In this document: positions 26,661 to 33,677 of the stretch, piece after piece | How the letters are laid out: every line of letters starts with the position of its first letter | Position numbering within the stretch: position 1 is the stretch's first letter | From: a virus | Taxonomy: Duplodnaviria > Caudoviricetes | Length of the DNA: 37,393 nt | Virus record (IMG/VR): IMGVR_UViG_3300021357_000005 | Coordinates: 1-37,393 of that record | Direction: 5' to 3' (one strand) | The notes under the pieces: model-generated | Databases searched by the model: none | What the model was told of the DNA's origin: nothing | Seen by the model: the letters and a program-made list of their open reading frames with translations, nothing else | Program-made: the position numbers and the translations under genes

Positions 26661-27339
26661 AAATGTTCAATCGTTTAATTGTCTCTTGATTTAGCTTAAT
26701 GCCAATTACGTGATGTTTACTTGTAAACTTATTAAATCCTTCAGTATGAATTTTCGTATGGCAAACTCTACATAAAGCCATAAATCTTCTTCCTGAGTTG
26801 TTGATCTTTTTTCGATTATTTCCCATTCCCACAGCATCGACGTGGTGTATATCAGCGTGTTTCTTTCCACAAACACAACATGTTCTAGTCATTACGCACT
26901 TGTAAAAGTAATACTCAACGTTTTGCGGCGGTATCTCATAGCCTTCTCTAAAAGGAATGTCGTTCTCAAAGATGAAATCAAGTATCAATTCAGACAGCGT
27001 AGATACTTCATCAACGGTATTCTCTGATTCATTTGATAAACTAATGTTTTTACCTGTGAAGTATCTAAATTGCCAATAAAACACGTCTTTAAGGCTTTCT
27101 AAAGGCTCTCCAGTATAAATGTATATATCTTGCATTAAAGCGAACACAAAGCGTCTCTGTTGCGCTGTAAAGCCACGCGGATCTTTAATGAACAGTTCCG
27201 CTTGTCGTTCACCGTCAAAACCGTTGAAAATCGTCTTTAATCTTTCGATATTTAGTTCTTCTTTTAGTTCCAGAATGATTTTTCTTCCAGAAATTTTTGT
27301 TATTTTTGCAAGATAAGAAAGGTTGTTCATGCTGATCAC
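26659..27339 (-). CDS. Putative HNHc nuclease (DUF968-like)
   Basis: DPRGFTAQQRRFVFAL; CCVCGKK.ADIHHVDAVGMG.NR...MALCRVCHTKIH. Confidence 0.8.
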   Translation of the reverse strand: MISMNNLSYLAKITKISGRKIILELKEELNIERLKTIFNGFDGERQAELFIKDPRGFTAQQRRFVFALMQDIYIYTGEPLESLKDVFYWQFRYFTGKNISLSNESENTVDEVSTLSELILDFIFENDIPFREGYEIPPQNVEYYFYKCVMTRTCCVCGKKHADIHHVDAVGMGNNRKKINNSGRRFMALCRVCHTKIHTEGFNKFTSKHHVIGIKLNQETIKRLNI

Positions 27340-27992
27340 TTCTTCGAATAGGCTTTTTCTAACTCTTTAATATAGCAGTCAATGGTAAGAAACTGTTCTG
27401 TATCTAATTTCTCAATAGGGATTATTTTTAAAAACTTAGTATCTGATAGTTTTTCGTACATTGCATCTGGTGTAATATCAGTACCCGTTTTCAAACTTGC
27501 AAGAACTGCTAGTTCCTTAATCTTTGCTTTAAGCACTTTTGCTTTGTTAGAATCAATCGTCTTTGGTTTTCCGCTATCTACTTGTTGCTTATATTCGTCT
27601 GTCTCCGCGTCCTTAGTATCATCTATTTGATACAAGCCGTTCATAGCATATTTGCGTGCATAAGATGAAGCTGTTCCTGTTATTTGCGATTCATCCATAC
27701 CTTTTTTAGATTCGGGTTCTCTCGCAAATCCACTTGCTTGTTCTGTATTTTTGCCATCTGTGATGATGGCATGGGATTCTACGTAGTATCTATCTCCTAT
27801 AAGGACAATTTTATCAGTAAGCTTTGGTACTAATCCATATTTATTAGCTAAAGGTTTTACTGCCTCCAAAATATCCTCTGCACTTCTATAATTGTATTTT
27901 CCAAAGTTGTTTTTTTGACTTTTGGGAGCCTTGAGTTCTAAAATTAAAGCAGATAACTTTTCGTAAAAAGACAGTTCTTTTTCTTCATTCAC
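27336..27992 (-). CDS. ERF-family single-strand annealing protein
   Basis: LKAPKSQKNNFGKYNYRSAEDILEAVKPL; KKGMDESQITGTASSYARKYA.NGL..IDD.KD. Confidence 0.9.
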   Translation of the reverse strand: MNEEKELSFYEKLSALILELKAPKSQKNNFGKYNYRSAEDILEAVKPLANKYGLVPKLTDKIVLIGDRYYVESHAIITDGKNTEQASGFAREPESKKGMDESQITGTASSYARKYAMNGLYQIDDTKDAETDEYKQQVDSGKPKTIDSNKAKVLKAKIKELAVLASLKTGTDITPDAMYEKLSDTKFLKIIPIEKLDTEQFLTIDCYIKELEKAYSKK

Positions 27993-28033
27993 TGTATAAT
28001 TCCTCCATTTCTTTTTTGAAGTCCTTACCGTTT

Positions 28034-28114
28034 TTATATCTCACAAGCTCCGCTCGCTCCAGTGATCATAATGGGGACTTTTAGCTTTTCTCGCTTCGCC
28101 TTTTTAACTTCCAT
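28034..28114 (-). pseudogene. Truncated N-terminus of an AAA_24/Sak4-like ATPase
   Basis: MEVKKAKREKLKVPIMITGASG then diverges and stops; matches the K.A.R.K.K....I.G.SG[SGKT] start of phage NTP-binding proteins. Confidence 0.5.
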
Positions 28115-28115
28115 G

Positions 28116-28652
28116 CTATTTTTCCACCTTTACGGATAATTTTTCGCCTTGCGGAATAACCTTAACCGCTTCGACTACTTCACCATCACTATTTACAATT
28201 CTTCCGCCTTCAATAACCGATACAGATTTCTTAAATGCTGCTTTATCAACTTCTTCTTTGATTCTCACGTACTCAGTCATCCCTAGTTTTTTCAACTCTG
28301 CAACAGCCTCTGAAGAGTATTCCCATTTATCAGGAACCTTTCTTGTCCCAACTGTTCCATGTGGCGTTTTGATTCGAGCTTTAGGATCATCTTTCCGTAA
28401 TTTATTTAAGTATTCACTTAGCTTCATTTCGAAAAAGCTGATTCTGTCATTATTACTTTCTGTTTCTTTTGCCTCCCAACTGGCGATTCTTTCTCGTTCC
28501 AAATCAGCGAACTTCTTAATTTCATCATTCTGACTTTGAAGAGCTGAAATTTTTCTTAACGCCCAATCAGCACCGCCGATATCATTGATAGACCAACCAT
28601 CTACGGATGTCTGTTCAAGTTCTTCAATTTCATATTTTTCAAGAGTATTCAT
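28116..28652 (-). CDS. Mu Gam-like host-nuclease inhibitor
   Basis: WSINDIGGADWALRKI, coiled coil, IKTPHGTVGTRK, YVRIKEEVDK. Confidence 0.75.
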   Translation of the reverse strand: MNTLEKYEIEELEQTSVDGWSINDIGGADWALRKISALQSQNDEIKKFADLERERIASWEAKETESNNDRISFFEMKLSEYLNKLRKDDPKARIKTPHGTVGTRKVPDKWEYSSEAVAELKKLGMTEYVRIKEEVDKAAFKKSVSVIEGGRIVNSDGEVVEAVKVIPQGEKLSVKVEK

Positions 28653-28664
28653 TTCTTCATTCTC

Positions 28665-28892
28665 CTAACTTTTAATAAAGGCAGTTGCTGAGATTTTGTC
28701 TTGTGTAGAAGAAAACCAGATTGCCCCTCTGCTATACTCGATTTCTGGTTTTCCAATCATTGATGTAAATAATTCAGCTTTTTCTAAAGAATCATTATGT
28801 CTGTAAAACTTTACTGATTCGCAATCATTGTACAAGGCTAATAATGTTTGTTCTTCAACTGACAGATATTTTTTACGGATTCGCTTATTCAT
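28665..28892 (-). CDS. Hypothetical protein
   Basis: MNKRIRKK start, GAGGTGA RBS. Confidence 0.6.
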   Translation of the reverse strand: MNKRIRKKYLSVEEQTLLALYNDCESVKFYRHNDSLEKAELFTSMIGKPEIEYSRGAIWFSSTQDKISATAFIKS

Positions 28893-28927
28893 GTTATAAT
28901 CACCTCAAATCATTCTTTGTTTGCTCA

Positions 28928-29074
28928 CTATTTGCTTGCCGGCGTAGTGGGCTTTTTTTGTTCCCATTTTTTCCTACGTTCAATGTTCTGTCTCGCTAGA
29001 ATAGTTGATTCATTACGTTGCCACCAACGATCAGCTACATTTTTACCGATTTGTAACGCTTATTTTCTATTCAT
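28928..29074 (-). pseudogene. Small early gene with premature stop at codon 5
   Basis: ATG AAT AGA AAA TAA GCG TTA CAA ATC GGT...; the frame continues ALQIGKNVADRWW... to TAG 28928. Confidence 0.5.
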
Positions 29075-29231
29075 AGTCAGCCCTCTCGGTTGGCTTTTTC
29101 TTTTCCCAGCCAATCGCTAGTAAAAATATCGCAATATAACCGTATGCGAAAATGATGTTGTAGCTTGAAATGACTGGCACAGCTAACATACACATGATTG
29201 TTGTTGCTAGATTAATTTGTTTCATCATCAT
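29067..29231 (-). CDS. 54-aa membrane protein
   Basis: AAAGGAGG RBS; hydrophobic stretches TIMCMLAVPVISS and IIFAYGYIAIFLLAIGW. Confidence 0.6.
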   Translation of the reverse strand: MMMKQINLATTIMCMLAVPVISSYNIIFAYGYIAIFLLAIGWEKKKPTERADYE

Positions 29232-29241
29232 GCCTCCTTTA

Positions 29242-29478
29242 TCAATTTGGTTGTTTCCCTTTGAGATTTACGGTTGAATCGTAATCGGTCGGTAAAAAAA
29301 TGATGTCATTGTAATTGGCACCGGTTTTTTTTGTAATTCGTTCAATTACAAGCACATCGGGAAACGTTTTGTAGTTTTCGTAGTTGTACCAAGTTGCCTC
29401 AGATACACCAATAAACTTTGCCATCTCTGGTTGCGTAAGACCGAGATTGGCACGCAACGCCTTTAAAGTCACCTTCAT
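29242..29478 (-). CDS. cro: Cro-like XRE-family HTH regulator
   Basis: TLKALRANLGLTQPEMAKFIGVSEATWYNYENYKTFPDV; first gene of the early operon. Confidence 0.85.
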   Translation of the reverse strand: MKVTLKALRANLGLTQPEMAKFIGVSEATWYNYENYKTFPDVLVIERITKKTGANYNDIIFLPTDYDSTVNLKGKQPN

Positions 29479-29506
29479 AATCTTCCCTCCTTTCGCTTAC
29501 AAACTT

Positions 29507-29549
29507 ATCTTACTACGGTTTAACCGTAATGTCAAACGGTTTTACCGTA
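29507..29549 (-). promoter_or_regulatory. Early lytic promoter with two 15-bp operators
   Basis: TTGACA(29530-35)-N17-TAAGAT(29507-12); TACGGTTTAACCGTA at 29514-28 and AACGGTTTTACCGTA at 29535-49; third site TACGGTTGAATCGTA at 29269-83 inside cro. Confidence 0.8.
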
Positions 29550-29578
29550 ATTTTTTATATTTATTTTGTATTTATCAC

Positions 29579-29610
29579 TTGCTTATTTATAGTACGCGTA
29601 CTATAATAAG
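29579..29610 (+). promoter_or_regulatory. acr-locus promoter with palindromic operator
   Basis: TTGCTT(29579-84)-N17-TATAAT(29602-07); perfect palindrome TTATAGTACGCGTACTATAA at 29587-29606. Confidence 0.8.
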
Positions 29611-29642
29611 AGTATAGAAAAGAACAAGAAAGGAAGATTAAC

Positions 29643-29906
29643 ATGATGAAAGTAAACGTATTTGATAATGAAATTGGAGATTACACAGACAAAGAGTTTT
29701 CAGTAGATGCGATTGTTGATGCCGGGCTTTATGGAGTGAATAAAGTTCTTGGAACTGACATGAATCTAAAAGCTGCAAGCAAAGTTTATGATAAGGCATT
29801 GATCGCTAAATTTGGTAAAGAACAATTGAAACAAGTTGAAACAAACTTTGGCGCTACTGGATATGGAAAAAAATATGTCTTGAAAAATGAGAAAGGAACT
29901 AAATAA
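29643..29906 (+). CDS. 87-aa uncharacterised protein, candidate anti-CRISPR
   Basis: First gene of the acrIIA1 operon; AAAGGAAG RBS; TAATG-coupled to the next gene. Function inferred by association only. Confidence 0.7.
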   Translation: MMKVNVFDNEIGDYTDKEFSVDAIVDAGLYGVNKVLGTDMNLKAASKVYDKALIAKFGKEQLKQVETNFGATGYGKKYVLKNEKGTK

Positions 29907-30097
29907 TGGCTGGAAATTACAACGCAAAAAATCAACGTGATTATGAAGCGAGTCTTAGCGAAACTGCTAAGATTCGCAGACGTAATCTCAAGAGTTTTTC
30001 TGCTACTAAAAGTTTTATCAAGTTGCACGCAACAGACGATCAATTAAATGATATTATTGAATTAGCCAAGAAGAAATTGGAGGAAAAAGAAGTGTGA
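29906..30097 (+). CDS. 63-aa uncharacterised protein in acr locus
   Basis: Coupled at both ends; SATKSFIKLHATDDQL motif. Confidence 0.7.
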   Translation: MAGNYNAKNQRDYEASLSETAKIRRRNLKSFSATKSFIKLHATDDQLNDIIELAKKKLEEKEV

Positions 30098-30573
30098 AGC
30101 TAAAAAAACTATTAGTTCGTTTTTTAGATAAATATGATTTAACATTAGCAGAACTATCAGCAAAGAGTGGTATGTCGTTAAACCGTTTAGAGTCCATTAA
30201 CAATGAACCCCTTCGAAACTATCAAGTGTCGATCATTCGAGCGTTGTCTACTCTCATTGGTCGTAGCACAAGCGAAACACTTGCAGAGCTAGAATCACTA
30301 GAAGCATCTTATGATCAGCTTTTGGGGTTCAGACAATTCTTAGAAAGTAAAGGCCTTTCATTCCCTGAATTGGAATATCGTATGTATGTACTTATTCAAG
30401 AATTAGATGAATTTGGAGTTGGAATCGAAAACTTTTCTTTCAATAGATTTGATGAAGAAAAACACGGCGATCTGAAAAAAGACAGCAGAATTTCAATGGA
30501 AAATGCGATTACAATGCTAGAAAAAGCATTAGATTCTGTTAAGCGTGGACAACCGCCATATGAGAATTTTTAG
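30094..30573 (+). CDS. acrIIA1: Anti-CRISPR AcrIIA1 homologue (N-terminal HTH + Cas9-binding C-terminal domain)
   Basis: Colinear with Listeria AcrIIA1 as recalled: LL..FL.K.DLT, N..PL..Y.VSI.R.LS, D.L.GF, LSFP..E...Y.LI.E, FSFNRF (vs FTFNRF), KKD, ENAIT. Located convergent to the endolysin. Confidence 0.88.
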   Translation: MKLKKLLVRFLDKYDLTLAELSAKSGMSLNRLESINNEPLRNYQVSIIRALSTLIGRSTSETLAELESLEASYDQLLGFRQFLESKGLSFPELEYRMYVLIQELDEFGVGIENFSFNRFDEEKHGDLKKDSRISMENAITMLEKALDSVKRGQPPYENF

Positions 30574-30574
30574 C

Positions 30575-30614
30575 AAAAAAATAAGCCCCCTGCTTAATCG
30601 CAGAGGGCCTTTTT
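30575..30614. terminator. Bidirectional terminator between acr operon and lysin
   Basis: A-tract, GCCCCCTGC-TTAATC-GCAGAGGGC, T-tract. Confidence 0.75.
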
Positions 30615-30827
30615 CTATTTCACTAATTCAGTTGCTTTTTCAATCATGGCAACTCCGAAATTATCGTTGCCATACACTTGACGGGTTTTAGAACCGCCAT
30701 AACGAGCGATCAAGTCTTGCGCCTCTTTCACATGAGTCGTTGTTGGCAAGTGCATTCTCTTGTTTCCGAACACGAAATACACGTCAGTACCATTTCCGTT
30801 TTTTTGTTTTTTTTCATAAATAAACAT
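30615..30827 (-). CDS. In-frame internal product of endolysin (70-aa cell-wall-binding subunit)
   Basis: GAGGAGG-AAGATATT-ATG at the domain boundary; MFIY...KRMHLPT...DLIARYGG...DNFG resembles the LysIME-EF1 CBD as recalled. Confidence 0.7.
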   Translation of the reverse strand: MFIYEKKQKNGNGTDVYFVFGNKRMHLPTTTHVKEAQDLIARYGGSKTRQVYGNDNFGVAMIEKATELVK

Positions 30828-31379
30828 AATATCTTCCTCCTCGGTTTGTGGTAAAACTGGTTTTTCTTCTGGTTTTGATGAATTATTGTTTGTGCCGTTG
30901 CCGTTCATATATTTTTGAATTTGAGCAATAAAATAATCCTGCATCACAGTCCAATCACCATGTAGCGTTACCGATCGATGCGGGCACGCTGTAGATGAGA
31001 ACTGTTTGTGCAAGATTACTGTGTTCCGATTTGGTTGTAGCCCATATCGTTTTAAGATCTCCGCAGCCAATTTGATAGAGCGCTGCTCATTGTCTTGGAA
31101 GGTCGCTAAATTCCCCATCGATTGACACGCTTCGATTCCAATATAATTAGCGTTTCCGTTTGCGTTCGCTGTGTGCCACGCCATACAAGCCTCAGACTCA
31201 ACCTGTAGAATTCCATCACTACATACATACCAATGGGCAAAGCCTAGTTCTGCGTTGTGGCTCAGTAACCAGGTTCTGTAATATGCAGTCGTTGCTCCTT
31301 GCGAAGCAGCATCATTGTGAATGACTACTCCGTATGGATCTCGTCCTCGGTAACCGGCAATTCCTGAAAGTAATTGCAT
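30615..31379 (-). CDS. Endolysin, Amidase_2 domain plus C-terminal cell-wall-binding domain
   Basis: GVVIHND, AHWYV, MAWHTAN, YIGIEACQS, LHKQFSSTACP; linker; 70-aa C-terminal domain. Confidence 0.92.
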   Translation of the reverse strand: MQLLSGIAGYRGRDPYGVVIHNDAASQGATTAYYRTWLLSHNAELGFAHWYVCSDGILQVESEACMAWHTANANGNANYIGIEACQSMGNLATFQDNEQRSIKLAAEILKRYGLQPNRNTVILHKQFSSTACPHRSVTLHGDWTVMQDYFIAQIQKYMNGNGTNNNSSKPEEKPVLPQTEEEDIMFIYEKKQKNGNGTDVYFVFGNKRMHLPTTTHVKEAQDLIARYGGSKTRQVYGNDNFGVAMIEKATELVK

Positions 31380-31380
31380 A

Positions 31381-31689
31381 CTAAGCCACCTCCATTAATT
31401 TGTGATTTGGGAGTGATAACATATAATCGCCAGCTTTCACTTTGGTAAAAATATCATTCGAACGGATGACTTCATACTTTCCATTCAGTTTAAAGAAATC
31501 CCCGACCGCAAAGCCATCGAATTCCTTTTCAATGCCTTCTGCTGTGATCTCAGAAAAACCATTTTCATCATAGTTTTCTGTGATCTCGACTCCGCCTTTG
31601 CCAAATGAATCGAACTCAATGTATTCGTCACCGTTGTTCTTGACAATGAATGATCCGATTGCTGTGACTAACGTTCCTGTTTTAAACAT
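31381..31689 (-). CDS. Hypothetical acidic protein between holin and lysin
   Basis: 102 aa; coupled to the holin (TAATG); supplies the GGAGG RBS for the lysin. Confidence 0.7.
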   Translation of the reverse strand: MFKTGTLVTAIGSFIVKNNGDEYIEFDSFGKGGVEITENYDENGFSEITAEGIEKEFDGFAVGDFFKLNGKYEVIRSNDIFTKVKAGDYMLSLPNHKLMEVA

Positions 31690-31955
31690 TATTCATCACC
31701 CTTTCGAGGTTTCTTATAATCTAGCACTTGTGTGCTATCAGAGTATCCATTTGTTGTTGGATCAGCAGTGATGCCTAGAAACGCTAGCAACGCAAAAAGT
31801 GCATTGATAACAGCTAGTGCCTTATCGCCGTACGAAGATAAATCTAATGTGTATCCGAAAGTCGCTGCAATCGCTTGAATCAACAAGATGACCAGCGGAA
31901 CGACTCCAATCCAAAAAGCTTTAGATTTGATTCTCAGTTTCCAATTGATTTTCAT
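31689..31955 (-). CDS. Holin (phiLC3 family)
   Basis: MKINWKLRIKSKAFW, two TMs, LGITADPTT.G.SDS...L.Y..PR. Confidence 0.9.
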   Translation of the reverse strand: MKINWKLRIKSKAFWIGVVPLVILLIQAIAATFGYTLDLSSYGDKALAVINALFALLAFLGITADPTTNGYSDSTQVLDYKKPRKGDE

Positions 31956-31975
31956 ATTTAATACAGTCTCCTTTT

Positions 31976-32236
31976 CTACAATTTAGTTAAAAAATAGCCA
32001 ATAATTGTAATGCCTAAACCAATCATGTACCCCCATGACCATTTGTTATTTGCTTTGCTCTCTTTAATATCATCCGCGTTATTAATTGCCATTGAATAAG
32101 CGTGATCAGCCACATCTTTCGCAGCATCCGCCTTCTCTCTCAATGCCTCGTAATTATCAAGTTTTGTTTCAATGCGCACTAAGCGCTCAATAACATCTTG
32201 TGCAGTATCATCTTTCAAAACTCCCCCGCCTTCCAA
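31976..32236 (-). CDS. XhlA/hemolysin-like lysis accessory
   Basis: ERLVRIETKLD coiled coil, NNKWSWG plus C-terminal TM. Confidence 0.7.
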   Translation of the reverse strand: MEGGGVLKDDTAQDVIERLVRIETKLDNYEALREKADAAKDVADHAYSMAINNADDIKESKANNKWSWGYMIGLGITIIGYFLTKL

Positions 32237-32281
32237 CTAAATAATTAGCCCCGTCCGAAAACGAGGCTAAAAAAATAAAGC

Positions 32282-32410
32282 TTACTCAGCTTTACCAACG
32301 ATCTTATTCGCTTCTTCATCCGTAATACAAATCGGTACAAACTCGCGCACTTGGTCCTCAGTGAAACATCCCCAGTCGTACATCATTTTTACGTCGGTGT
32401 AATTAAACAT
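32282..32410 (-). CDS. XkdX-family protein (42 aa)
   Basis: Not in the ORF track: MFNYTDVKMMYDWGCFTEDQVREFVPICITDEEANKIVGKAE. Confidence 0.75.
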   Translation of the reverse strand: MFNYTDVKMMYDWGCFTEDQVREFVPICITDEEANKIVGKAE

Positions 32411-32784
32411 TACTCAGCACCTCCGATTTGAGTTTTAATTGTTTCAATTTCTTTATTGATTGCCACATCATTCACCATTAATTTGGCGTTCAGTTGCGCC
32501 ATCGAATCTGTTTTTGTAGTAAGAGCTCCATTGGATTCTTTAAGAGCTTTATTGTCGACTTGAAGGCCAACTGAAAGATTTTCAAGTAATTCTAATTTCT
32601 TCGAGTAGTCTTGAGTGACAGCCTCTTCCCATTTATTTTCAGTAAAGTTAAAGAATTGCGATTGATCTTTTTTCAATCCTTCTAAAGGTTTTATTTCTAC
32701 AAATGGTAATGTTGTTGGAAAATCATCTTCTACCTCATGGATTTCAAATCCGATTGGATATAATACTTTGTAAATAGTTTTCAT
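32410..32784 (-). CDS. Tail accessory / fibre assembly-like protein
   Basis: Likely start MKTIYKV at 32784; C-terminal coiled coil; usual partner upstream of XkdX. Confidence 0.6.
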   Translation of the reverse strand: MKTIYKVLYPIGFEIHEVEDDFPTTLPFVEIKPLEGLKKDQSQFFNFTENKWEEAVTQDYSKKLELLENLSVGLQVDNKALKESNGALTTKTDSMAQLNAKLMVNDVAINKEIETIKTQIGGAE

Positions 32785-32798
32785 ACTGTTTCCCCCTT

Positions 32799-33317
32799 TT
32801 AGTATGGATCTCTTGCCATCCAACTTGCTGAACCATTAAGCCAAGTATTCGCAGAAATTTTATCTATACAAATAATTGTATTGTCTCCGTTACCTGGTGA
32901 ATTAAATATAAAAAGCGCGTTTGTATTATCCTCACGCTTCAAACTAAATCGCGCCTTGTCTATAGGTCTTGCCCAATCCGGCGGATTAAACCAAACCCCT
33001 TGATTAAACTTTCCAACTGCTAATTTGAAAGATGCAGTTAGATAAACTAAATCTCCTCGGCGATAGAGTTTGATGTATCCTCCACCGAATATTGCTGGGT
33101 TTCCTTTAGAATCAGTGATTGCATAATCTGTGGTTGCTTTCGTCAGCACTGGGGTTTTTCCGGCTACTTGAATCCCGTCCTGAAAATTCTTAGTTCCTAA
33201 AATTGTTTCATTTCCGGTTGCTTTAACTAAAACTCCATCAACACCATCAATTGCCTTAGCATGCGTTTTTAGGTATTTAGCCACGCCGTCTTCTTTTAAT
33301 TGAACGATATCTGCCAT
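32799..33317 (-). CDS. Putative receptor-binding / terminal fibre protein
   Basis: GNETILGTKNFQDG shaft motif; head YRRGDLVYL...PDWARP...ASWM. Confidence 0.65.
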   Translation of the reverse strand: MADIVQLKEDGVAKYLKTHAKAIDGVDGVLVKATGNETILGTKNFQDGIQVAGKTPVLTKATTDYAITDSKGNPAIFGGGYIKLYRRGDLVYLTASFKLAVGKFNQGVWFNPPDWARPIDKARFSLKREDNTNALFIFNSPGNGDNTIICIDKISANTWLNGSASWMARDPY

Positions 33318-33673
33318 TAGACAGTCCCCACTTTCTCAAATGTAATATTGTTTAATCCGTCTAACTTAGTCTTATCCGCAGCCGACATCAGTCCATTTGT
33401 TGAAGTTGTTGCAACAGCAGTCGTAGTTGCATTAATTCCAGGATCACCCTTATCACCTTTTGGAAGAACAAAGTTAAATTTTGCAGCAGAAGTTGTTCCT
33501 GCATTGGTAACTGAAGCAGTTGTTCCACTTGTTACGGTTCCTACTGTTATTGTGGCGACATTTCCCGGATCACCTTTATCTCCTTTGATAGTGGTTAATC
33601 CGACAACTGCATTTGCATGCGTCTGAGGATATACCTGTACGCCATCCTGTTTTACTTTAACGATATCTGTCAT
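33317..33673 (-). CDS. Collagen-like fibre segment
   Basis: KGDKGDPG x2; ATTSTNGLMSAADKTKLDG repeat. Confidence 0.7.
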   Translation of the reverse strand: MTDIVKVKQDGVQVYPQTHANAVVGLTTIKGDKGDPGNVATITVGTVTSGTTASVTNAGTTSAAKFNFVLPKGDKGDPGINATTTAVATTSTNGLMSAADKTKLDGLNNITFEKVGTV

Positions 33674-33677
33674 TTAT

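Noticed and set aside
29550-29578. attP core site
   Set aside because: Only an AT-rich stretch; no arm repeats, tRNA homology or integrase to support it.
29643-29906. Calling the 87-aa gene acrIIA4 because of identical length and locus
   Set aside because: The sequence does not resemble AcrIIA4 as recalled (no acidic C-terminal helix); the length match is coincidental.
29384-30043. ORFs 29384..29617 (+) and 29786..30043 (-)
   Set aside because: They overlap cro/promoters and the coupled acr genes on the opposite strand, with no supporting signals.
30094-30573. Calling the HTH protein the cI immunity repressor
   Set aside because: It is third in the operon, has no S24 peptidase domain, and matches AcrIIA1 motifs in both domains.
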